Shown here in pieces: positions 24,401 to 36,400 of a stretch of DNA of 64,000 nucleotides (the stretch's first letter is position 1; the number at the start of each line of letters is the position of its first letter). The stretch spans positions 71,424,001 through 71,488,000 of the forward strand of contig NC_134470.1 of assembly GCF_964194025.1 (NCBI RefSeq). Reading direction: 5' to 3'. A program made the translations under genes and the position numbers. The DNA comes from Convolutriloba macropyga. Lineage: Eukaryota. The notes under the pieces are model-generated. The model searched no databases and was not told where the DNA came from. It saw nothing but the letters and a program-made list of their open reading frames with translations.

Positions 24401-27400
24401 ATATGTTCAATTCTGCTTTAAATTAAACGCCAATAATGTAGCATGTGAAATGTCATTATTGTGAAGATGTGACAAAACGAGAAGGAACGTGACAAGTGGG
24501 CTAATACATAAAAATTAAAAAAAATGTAGAATCTAGTAGTATCAAAGCCAGAAAACCGTAAGCTAACGCGTACAACCGCCAAAAAACATTTAAAAAATTC
24601 AATAGAAAAAGAGGAAGAAGAAGTCGATTCAGTTAAACTCAGGAATTTTTTCAGGCAAATTTAAACCAGCCAAAAAACAACCTGACGAGCTCAAAAACCA
24701 GAAAACACTATTAGGAAGCGCAGCAAATGCGGATCCTTACAAACTCTCACGATTAGAGCACACAAACAAAACGGAGGACAACAGAAAAATGAACAACTGT
24801 CGGAAAAATTTTCCCCAGTCAATTTATCAATCGACCATTGAGAAAATTTTCCAGTATAATGTAATTTTTAGATGAATCTCAGCTGAATGGTTCCGAAAAA
24901 ACTTCTTCAAACTAGAAACATCAGAAGAGCTGAAGAGTGGGAAAATTTGATGCTGAAATTAGCCGAAACTTTGCAAAATTTAAAAAAAGCTGGACACTGC
25001 TAAATTTTTGTTGCTTCACTGCTGAATGCAAATTTTTTTTTTCAGGTAACCACACCTGAACTTGTTCAGGTGAAAATTTACCTGAAATATAGTTCAAGTG
25101 TATTTCAGGTGCTTTTACACCTGAACTTCACCTGAACTTCCAGTTACCTGAGCTTGGTTCAGGTAAATTTACCTGAACTTTTTTTAGTGTGGACCTCTGA
25201 TCAGAATCAACCGAAATATTTTGCCCTTGAAGTTAGCTTAAAATATCTAAGCATACTCAATTTAGCTCAAATATCAATTCTGGCTAGACGCATTTGCGCT
25301 TCAAATTGTTTCTAGTTAGACTATCATGCACTCGAAGTGCTTTCTGATTAAGATATCATTTGCTTCAAGCGGTCGCTTTGGCAATAAATTTGGCAATGGA
25401 AAAAAATGATAGAGGTCAACTGATTTCAACTATATATTAGAAACTGAAAATGATTTGTCCTAAAAATTGCATGCTAGTTTCCAAGTTTTAAACCTGCGTC
25501 AAGCAGGGCTAGTTTAAAGTATACAAAGTTATTCAGAAATATATTCCATTAAGTGTTAAGTTTTGCTCTGGAACGAGCATGAGGCATTCGTTAATAAAGG
25601 AAGCTCGATAATGTGCGCTTGCACATAAAGTTATGGCCTCACTCATCCGCATTTTTGGCATAAACGTCTACCAATTGAGGCACAGATAGAAAAACAACAA
25701 AAATTCAAATATTTTTCAAAAAAAATTGTATTAACAAAAAGATCGCCTCCAACGAAGATAACTCAATGGCGTAAACAAGAAAAACCGCATTAGATTAATG
25801 ATATCAGTCATTGTTATGAAAGCAAGTCAAGACGAACAACAAAATCAAACAATCATAACAACAAACATTATTTACATCCAAAAACTTTATCTCAATTTCG
25901 AAAAAAACTTGAAATGAAGTTCAAAAAAGAGTGTAAGATAAAACTGAAGGTAAACAAAAAACTGGTATTTCACTAGAAGAGATATGAGACCAATCTTTAT
26001 TAAAGCTCGATTACAATTAGACAGAAGAGAACAAAAACGGCAACAGAAAAAATTGGCTTATATTTTAGTTTCATTTAAAACAATTGAATATTTTTATTTT
26101 GAAACAATTAGCTTCAAAGTAATGAAAACCATAAGATGGCAAATGAAGACATCCAACATGTTTATAATGATGTGCGGCTCAGTAGGAGAGAATTCAGCTC
26201 TTTCATTATTCAATTTTTTATGCGGTTAAAAAAGAACAACAAATAGAGACAACAACTAAAAACTCAAAGAACTTTTGCGGGAATACGCTGTCGAAGCCGT
26301 AATGCCTTATTTTGCCCATAAAAATACATTCCATTTAGCTTTTTTTCTACCAAAAAAATTGTGGCATGTGACCTCTTATTAACCTTTTTTCTACCGAAAA
26401 AATTGTGGCATGTGACCTCTTATTAATGAGATAAGGTTAAAATCAGACAAAAAAGAGAAAAAAGGACAAAAAAAGTAATACTTTTGTATTTTTCGAAAAC
26501 AATTATTTTCAAAGTCATGAAGACTATAAGCTACAAAATGAACCAATTAAACAAGTTCGAAAATTGTCTGACGTCTACAAAAAGAATGTAAAATATTGAC
26601 AAAAATCAAAATTTGGTTTACTTTTTCGCAAAAAACTCGTGTGGAAGTAAACACTTGATAACGAATACCTTAAAAACGTTTGATTTTGTACACTTGCATA
26701 ATCACGCGACAACGACAATGTCATATGAGGCATGCAGTTAACGGGACTAGGTAACAAATAGACAGAAAGGGAAAAATTGCAAAATTAGAAAATTTTTTTT
26801 ATCATTTTTTTTAAACAACTTGTTTCAAAGTCTAGAAAACCATCAGCTATCTACTAAAATAAGATTCCAGGCTTACTTAATCCTTCAAAAAACCAATGAG
26901 AACTGTCTTTATCCTTTGCATTCAAACTCTAGAAAGCCATCAGCTATCTACTAAAATAAGATTCCAGGCTTACTTAATCCTTCAAAAAACCAATGAGAAC
27001 TGTCTTTATCCTTTGCATTTCATGCGACTTAAAAAACAAAGTAAAAAAACAGTCAAAGACAAATGTAAAAAAAATCAATTAAATTCTTCGCGAAATGAAT
27101 GTCGAAGACGTTTAAACCATAATCGATGCCTTTAAAGACTTTTATATGTTCAACTGTACCTTAATTTTAACGCCAATAAAGTTGTATTTGATCTGTCAAT
27201 AATGTGAAGATGTGACAAAACGAGAAGGAACGTGACAAGTGGGCCAATGCCTAAAAACTAAAAAAAATGTAGAATTAAAGCCAGAAAACCGTAACTTAAC
27301 GCGTAAAACCGCAAAAAAGAGTTAAAAGAGGAAGAGGAAGCTTTGATCTTTGCTGACACTAAGCTACAGGTTGGTTATTTTAAGAGAAAGATAGTGGAAA

Positions 27401-30400
27401 AGTTCAGTAGGACATTCTTTAATTAAAAATCAAACATTTTAAAAAGTCAAGACGACCATAATCTTTTGAGTAAAGAAAATTAACAAAATAGTTTGTAACT
27501 GCTTAAAAACACAATTAGACCTATCAACTGAGAGCTTTGATTTGATTTTTTTTATAATTAACATAAAAAAGACAGACTGATTACGATACAAATTCCTTTT
27601 TGAATTGTAACAGTACAAAATTGGACCAAAAACAACCTTGCTATTGCTTTTTGTCAATTAGGCACACTCAATTCTTTCAAATATTATAGATGCAGATAAT
27701 TTGTTTAATTAAGGATCAAAAATAAACGCCGCGTCTGTGGTAATCATAGAGTAAAAAAGGCAAAATTTTAATTCCAGTCTACTCACAATGGAAGTGGAAG
27801 TACGTCTAGCTCCCATTTGTAGCTCAAACGTCTGTGTCAGTTGTTTTTGGGTGTGTACCTCCGGCAAATTTAATCAAAGTGGACCAAAAAAGCTTAGTTC
27901 AGTCAGTTTTGGTGAAAAAGGCTTCATTTTGAAATATTTAGCTAAAACTTTAGCCAAAAAAGTAAAGCAAAATGGTCAACATTACCTTTTGTCTAAAAAA
28001 ATTAAGAGTACTGTTGCAAACAATTTCTAAACATTTTAGCAAAATTGACAAAGTTCTAGGCAAAAATTCCGAAAATTAGAATGAAGATAACGCAAATCGG
28101 TCTAATATTCACAAAATTCAAACCACGATAACTCGCTCTAGAAAACAAAAATGAAAAAATCTTCTAATTCCATATTCTATGCTGGACGGGCTTTTTAATG
28201 ATAACACTCACAACTCTCCACTATGAATATATCGATCGGTCAAAATTGACTGATTAAAAAAACCCATTCGAGTATATGGGTCGGAACAATTACTTTTTTT
28301 CATTAATTGCAACTGAAATCATGCAACAGAAATCACAGAGTTTCTAATTGCAATAGCAAGATCATGCACGAAGTTCACTTTTGACTGCATCAAGCGAATT
28401 ATCTGCATATTTGCTAGAAAATGTTAAAATTGTCTTTTTTTTGGACAACTTGGTAACGGCTACAAATAGTCTAGGAATGATTTTGTAGATTTTTTAGTAA
28501 ATACTGAGTTTCAATTTAAAAACCAAAATTTCTCAAAAATCAAGTTGATCACAATCTTTAGTAAATAATGGCCTATAATGTAATTACACAATAAATTTTT
28601 TTTCCATTTATGTATAGTTAACACCACTCACGATAGCCGTTAGTGGTGTTATCTATACATAAATGGAAAAATAAATTAGTGTGTTATTACATTATAGGCC
28701 AATATTTATTGAAGATTGTGGTGAACAAGATTTTTGAGAAATGTTGGTTTCTAAATTTAACCAGCGACAGTTTTGACTGACCATACTTGAACTGGGCCGA
28801 GGTTTTAACGAAAAATAATGTAAGAATTACAGTAAATGGCGGTGAAAATATATTATATTTCACCTCAAAACACTCGACGGACTTAGCGGTGAACGAGGTG
28901 AAATTTTGTAGATGAAATATCAGCAATTTCGGTGTTGAATTTTGGTAACATTCGGAAATTTTACCTGTGAAATTCAATTTATCACCGCTTTGGCTGTAAA
29001 AATAAAAATTTTATTGCTACAAACCTCATTTCATACAATATTTTATAGAACAATAAATGCGGTGAAAATATGCGGTGATTTTTTGTAATACTTGATATTT
29101 TAAGTGGTGAAATATTTTTCACCGGATTTCACGCTTTCAACCGCAATTCTTGTGCGTTTTATGGTCTAATATGGTTTCTAACCATATAGGTTCTTTGGTA
29201 GGGAATGTAAGAAGGGTACGTACTGTTATGGTATCTTCCTCCTCTGGAATCGGCTGATTACCCGATGCACTGCACTGTTTGTACTGCTCAGCTTCTATAG
29301 CTTCAGGGGACAAGCCAGAAGATACTGCATAATAGGGCTCTGGTTCTACCTAAAGCCATTAAACCAAACTGCGCGTGTGAACAACAGTATATAGTATTAT
29401 ATCTAGTATATTATCATATGCCGACTGCATATGTTACTATACTATAGATATAATATCAAGTTTCGTTTTACGTAAAACGAAACTTGATACATCATATGCC
29501 AAGACATCTTGACTTCCCTTGAGAAGACCTTTGTTAAGCTAACTTTTCTTGATAAATACTGACATGTGTTGATAAAATATTAAATTTGTGGACACACATG
29601 CAACTTATACAATTTCGCGGTGTTTTCTTTCCAAGAATAATAAATTGGTTTTCAATGCATTATTTAGCCTATTTCTTCTTTTTGTTTTTCTATTTTGAGC
29701 CCATTTTTGTGTTTTATTCCATAGTTTCAGTCTACCATCACAGCAGTTTTTTTTTGGTCAATCAGCCTAATACAGTTCATTTTTTGAACGAGTTATGAGA
29801 AATTTTTTTGCCGTTACTAACACAGGCCTGCTCCAACAGAGATCTACCAAGATTTTGCTTGTTTCATGCAGGTTACGTTTACCTGTTAAAACGTATGATC
29901 AGGACGATTATCTAAGAACTTTGCAAGAGAGTAACCCAAAAGCTTTGAATAAAAGGATGCAAATTATCACCATACTTTTGTAGCTTATAGCTGGTAAATA
30001 CTATAGTAGTATACATATTTTATAAATCAGCTAGTTTATAGGCAATTACCACAAGTCCATTTAGCTTTGTGGTTACGACTTGCTACGCAAATTAAAAGTT
30101 CCAAGTACACACGTGGAAGTTCGAATCGCCTATGAATCAAACCTTGTTGGCGGGAGTTAAGCTGAGCATTTTTTTTTTCGTGCAGTAAATTTTAGTCAAA
30201 TATCAAGACTGGCCCGTGTAAATTGGGACATGAAAAGAGTACTCGTCATCTTAAAAAACAGAATGTCTCTATACTGATCCAGCGCTGATTTACTCTGGCA
30301 CCAACCTCCGGGAACGCTTTTAGTTAAAAGGAAAAGTAATTATAACTGAAATCTACTTAGAACATCTTTCCTACATTTTGAGCGTGATTTATGCTAAGGC

Positions 30401-33400
30401 TTGCAAAAATCTGAAAATTTTGACAATTTTAGGGTAATTTCAATCTCGTTTTCTCCGCTAAAAAAACTTGATGGAACCGTTGTTTGCCAAAATTGATACG
30501 CTACATAGTGACTGATTTTAATGGATAAAAACAAACAGAAATGAGCTTTAAATGAAGACCAAGTGCACGACTTGCAAACAAAGTTTTGCCAAATAAGATT
30601 TTTGGGATCAAAAGATTGAAAGGAAACTCCCAAATTTATCACAATCCCGAAAAAATTTACGAAAGGGTGTTTTCAAAAATCCAGAAATCGCAATGAAGCA
30701 CGATTAGCGCATGACTAATTTCTCTGATTTTATATGATTTCCAGAGGTATAGCCAGTAGAATTCTCCAAAAATTTGGAGTTTTCTAAGAAAATGCTCAAG
30801 TTTGTTTGAACGCAAAAAGCAAGTGTTTGCAATCAGAATGAGTTCTATCAATCAAAAAGTTCACTTTTAATGCAGAATATTGTATATTTTGAGATTACTA
30901 TAAGGTGCATCTCCAGTGATCAGATTGGGAATGAACGAAACGAGATGTTTTGAAAAAATCAGAAATTTCTAATTTGGACAAGGAATCACTTTGGGGTGCA
31001 GCACAATCATATGGACATAAATTGCTTGTTGGTCTTCCATTTAAGGCTAATTAGTAATATTGAGATATTACGGAAAAACATGCTTTTTCATGTCCTTATT
31101 TTTCATCAAGATAAAACATCTATGCAGTAATCGAAGACAGCCGGCGATAGCCTCCAAAAAAAGAGTGAGAGGTACTGTAGTAACTAGCATAGTTATATTT
31201 TACATCCGATTGAAAATGTATGGGCGATTTTGCAGCAGCAGTTAGGAAAACGGAAATCTTTCATGAAAAATTGTAAATAAATGTTTCAGAACATTGAAAC
31301 GTAAATGATGCTCATGTTGTGTGAAAAACTTGTGTAGATACTTTACGAGCCGTGGCGCTCAAACGCTAAGGACGCAGTGACCATAGTTTAAACGTTATTA
31401 TCGCTTTTTCTGATCACTTTGCAGTCGTGTGGTCATCATCGTGATAGCAATTGTTACGTCAGAGACGAGTTCGGATAAATACCTCAACCTTAGCATAGCC
31501 TTCATTTCAATGGAACTATGCAGAAAGATACTTAAGATCACTTATTTGGCAAACAAATATTCAAAAAGCATGCAAAACTTTAGGAAAAAACAAATGTTTA
31601 ACAAATTTCTTGATATACTAACCATCGGGGTTGGTCCATTTGTGAGAATCTCAATCAGAACCTCCAAATCTTTAATAGTGTTTACAGAGTCTTGGCGCCA
31701 ATGACATTTCTTTTTGAACTGTTTTCGGATCTCTTCCAACATTTGATCTCCGTTCAACAGCTCGAATGGTGGTCTGGACTCGTCGAAGTTTCGTTTTCGC
31801 AGCATGCAGCTTCCACTCATGCAAAAATGATAAAAATAATAAATAAAAAGTACTTGATTGCATTTCCTACCCGAACAAAATTATTTTTGTCTTCAAAAAG
31901 ACCTCTGCTTTACATAATCATCATTTGGTAATCTTCAGCATTACCTAAGCATCAATTCTGAAGATTTTTCTAGAAACTTCTTGAACTGTAGACGGGGATA
32001 TTTCTTCAGAAATAGGATATCTTAATTTCAGAGAAAAATCGTCTCTTAAATTTCACATACCTTCAGATCAAATTATAGTCGAAAGTACGAAATCACTCTG
32101 CTTGATTAACAAAAGACAATTAATTCAAACATGATTGTTGATTGACGGTCTTAAACCGTGTAATTGAAAAATCATCTTAAGAATGTAGCTCGAAAGACTA
32201 ATTTTTACACGTAATGCAAATGTTTTCAATCTTACTAACCTATTCTGAGAAATTTTTGTAGTGTTCGCATTTTTAGAAAAAAATTTTGTAACGTTTTTTT
32301 TGCAAGAGAAACATAAGTTTATAAAAGTTTCAATAAATTTTTTTGTAATGTTTCACCGTGTTTTGATTTTCGTTATAAATTTTCTTCTTGATCCTTAAAC
32401 ATACTCTGTTCTTAGAATGGTCAAGTTTTGCTTTGGCCTTATTTATGACGCAGACCGTTTTTTGAAGGCCTATAGGCTGTATGATTGATTCAAAGATTGG
32501 GTGGGATCCAAAGTTTTATACGAGTGAAAATTATAATTTATAAGTTATTGATCTGGAGCAAATTGATCTGGATCTGCATTTTTGTTACCTTGGACCCGAA
32601 CCTGGGTGGGAGGTATCAAATGTATTGAGACATCATTTTGGTTAGGACTGTTTATCGCATGTATTTTTTTATTCGGATGAGATTCAAATTTGTTTAAGAT
32701 GAACTCATTGGAATTTTTGAGGCAGAACTAACTGACATTTCCATGACAATTTTTCGTTCTCTTGAACTTCTGGATCATCCAGCGCAAAGTTGTCGTTCCC
32801 ATAGAAGGTGCAGTTACTCACAGAAGAGCAGACCAAAGACTTTGGGATGACTCCTATAAAATGACATACAATTTCGGGTATCTGCGTCAATGACATACAA
32901 TTTCGGATAAAAGCAAATATACATAATTCTACACTCAGTAGGTACATGGTTGAATTTTTGAGGCTTCTCACTTTCTAGTTGAAGATTTAATGCAGAAAAT
33001 AGCCCTCCGTCAACGGTAGGAGCCGAACCTCAATCTCCGCAGGCACCTTAACCTCGACGATGGTATTAACCACTGGACTATCAGGACCTTGTCATGGCGT
33101 CTCAAACAATCGGATATGTTTGAACAACAAACTTATTTTCGCAGTGGGAGCAATTGAAATCACTCAAAAATCAAGAAGAAGTGCGTGAAAAAGTCAGTTG
33201 AGAAGTCAAAGATTATTCTAGAAGAAAAGCACAAATCATGCGAAAAAATTGCATAAAAAGGACACAAGCGTTTACAATAATTGCGTCTCATTCGAGAGCA
33301 ATTAATAATTTTGTTTCTGTGTTATTGTAGTGGAACAGCATTAATCATTATTTTTGCAGTGTGTTATGTGCAGCCTGTTTTCAGCTGTCATTTTCTATAA

Positions 33401-36400
33401 TTTCCCGACATTTTTGACAGTTTGACGTGATTGACCAGATTGTGGTCGACACGAATCTATGGTTAAGTGAGCAATCATCATAACTTTTACTGCTTTAACG
33501 ATGAAAAAGATCGAGGTAACAATCAATTGCATACTGTGTAACGGCTGCTCTCCTATCAAAGTCAAGGAAAACTTTACACCGCCCAGTTCGTTTCAGCGGT
33601 TTCAAATCTGTCCGGATATTGTGTTTTTGCAGTTAACTTTTGTGAACTGTATTATCCGCTATACTATAGATTACCGTTGCATTACTTGTTGCTCTATTAC
33701 GCTTGATAACTAATTGCACAGCTTTGCTGTATAACAAACTTGTTTCTCTCAGAATAACAAAATAATTCAAATTGAAACAACCAAATTTTTTGTTGAGTTT
33801 TTGTTGATAACTCAACTTATAATTCGAAATTGCAAATTCTGCTTCTAAAAAATTGTTAAGGATGACTTCAAGTAACTGTCAACCAATTTTCAAATTTGTA
33901 GCGAACCTCCTTGTTAAGGGGGGCGCTTTTAAAGCAATTCAGATATTATAAATCTGATTCAAAATAATATACAACTTTCTGTTTCTCAATTGGCTTCAAT
34001 AACCACCAATATCAAAACTATGCTAGGCTTCGTTAAAACCAGTAAGAGCAACTGACTATGTGCTTGGCACAAAGTTTCTCTTACTTAGGAACTTTGTTCC
34101 TCAGAAAGAAAGTTTTGAGAATATCAAAGTTAATTCTCTTTTCACAAGTGAAAATTAAGTTAAAATTGTACAATCACTGAATTGATCTACAAAAACAAGA
34201 CACGATAACAAGTTATTTACCGCTCAAGAAAGTGTGCTTCAATACGCACTGTATGTCAATTTAACAAGACAAAATTAACGAATTTCATCTGATTTTTGTT
34301 AGTTTTTCAAGCTCCTTTTATGCTGCTAGTCACGTGGATTTACATGTCAAATTCAACTGTTGATTGGTTGTAGATAATAATGTCGACAAAATGTGAACAC
34401 TTTTCCATAACGTCACTTTTTCAGTGTAAATTTGATGTCATGGGAAATTTGTTAACCATGTAGAAGTTTTGTCGAATATTCTGTATCAATAACAGGTTGA
34501 TTCGCAATCCAATCGCAAAGAATCTGATGCAATACTGTTAAGTCGTAGTATTGTTTTGCCGGTGGTTTGAGGTAGTTCGAATTTGAGTTATAGTTTGACT
34601 TCATGAATGACGATTGTGTACTAATCATAGTTGCTAAATATAAATGTTGAACAACGTGAACAAATCCGTATAGCTTCGATAGAATGTAGCATCAAATTTC
34701 GCTTGTCACGCTATTCTAAACTGAACAGCTTGAAATGACCTTGAAGCGCTATTCAATTTGGTAGTTGAGGTAGTAAGCTCAGCCTCAACATCGCCGGCCC
34801 TGTTTTCCATCGTGAAAACATCTTTTCCAGGTAGTACTGGGGCGAGCTTCACTACTGGTCTCTTGCATACTCCGTCGTTTGTTCGAACTATCGCTGATCG
34901 AATCACACCGTCAGACCCAACGATGGTCTCCGTAACTCGACCTAGATTGTAATATCCACGCTTATCGCTGTCTTCGATCAACCAAACGAGATCGCCTTCT
35001 TTAAGGGTTTCGTTCGCCGTAGATCGCCATTTTTACCGATTATTAAGAGTTGGCATATATTCTTTACGAAATCTGTCCCATATGAGATTTGCATAGGCTC
35101 GAGTTTGTCGAAAGAGCTTTCGATGATCGACAAATTCTTCTGCGCATGGTAGATAGGGTAAGCAAACGTTCTTGTTGCCAAGCAAGAAGTGATTGGGGGT
35201 CGATGCTTCTAAGTCATTAACATCTGAACTGACTGGAGTCAAAGATCTTATGTCTGCTCAACAATACACATCGTTGTTGAAAGAACGTCCTCGGTGACTG
35301 ATTTGTTCCCCAACACTGCATACATTGCTTTCTTGCAACTTCTCACCAACCGCTCCCATAATCCTCCAAAGTGAGGTGCTGCGGGTGGGTTGAACTTCCA
35401 TCTGATCCCTCGTTGAATTAGATGTTCTTCGATCCCTTCTTTGTTCCATGCCGCAACGTACTCTGCAAACTCTCTTTCAGCTCCAACAAAGTTTGTCCCA
35501 TTGTCGCTGATGATCGTATTCGGTTTGCCTCTTCGAGCAATAAATCTCATTATTGCATTGAGACAACTATCTGTGTCCAACTTGGGTACCACTTCTATAT
35601 GCACCGCTCTCATAGTTAGACATGTAAAGAGACAACACCATCGCTTTTCGTTCCTTCGCCCAATCTTCACAATGAAAGGGCCAAAGTAGTCAACTCCCAC
35701 GTTTGTAAAGGCAGTTGAAGCATCTAACCGCTCTTCGGGTAGATCTGCCATTACTGGTGCTATCGTTTGTGCTCTGCCTTTTCTGCAGGTAATGCACTTG
35801 TTCTTGCTTGATCTTAAGGCGTTCCGTATGCCTAGGATCCACATCTTCTGCTGAACAATGTTTCTTACATGCTCAGTGCCCTCGTGTTGATTGTCCTTGT
35901 GCTCGTTTCGCAAGAATAATTCAACCGCATGATGTTTCCAATGTAGCAAAATTGGATGCTTTGCATTGAAGTCCAACTGACTTTTGCCTATTCTGCCTTT
36001 GGCTCGAATAAGTCCTTCTTCATCCAGGAAGGGGGAGAATTGTAGAATTTTGCTGACTTTTGGAATTTCCTTTTCAGCTTTGAGAGATTTCATCTCTTCA
36101 CCTTTTGCCCGTCATGAGTCCACTGACTACCCATCCTAGCTCTGTTAGAACGGCAAAAGGTTCACTTCGTGTTCCTATCTTGTAGTCCAATGGTCGTTGT
36201 AGCTCATAAGCATCTTGACCAAGGATGATGCCAACTTCCATCAAGTTGAAGCTTTTGTTGGGTAAAACACTCAAGTGGTTGAAGCTTTGCTTCAGCTTGT
36301 TGCAATTGTAGTTTGTGTTTCCCAAGGAGATTGACGGGTGTGCAGACGCTTCGATTGAATGCACTTTTGAATGTACTCCCTTTATTTTTAGAGGAACCTT

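Noticed and set aside
30055-30135. tRNA gene (TAGCTTTGTGG ... GTTCGAATC)
   Set aside because: No acceptor or anticodon stems; at most a degenerate SINE head.
32862-32915. Alternative acceptor GACGCAG created by a short tandem duplication upstream of gene A exon 2
   Set aside because: Phase 0, incompatible with the phase-1 exon 1 donor.
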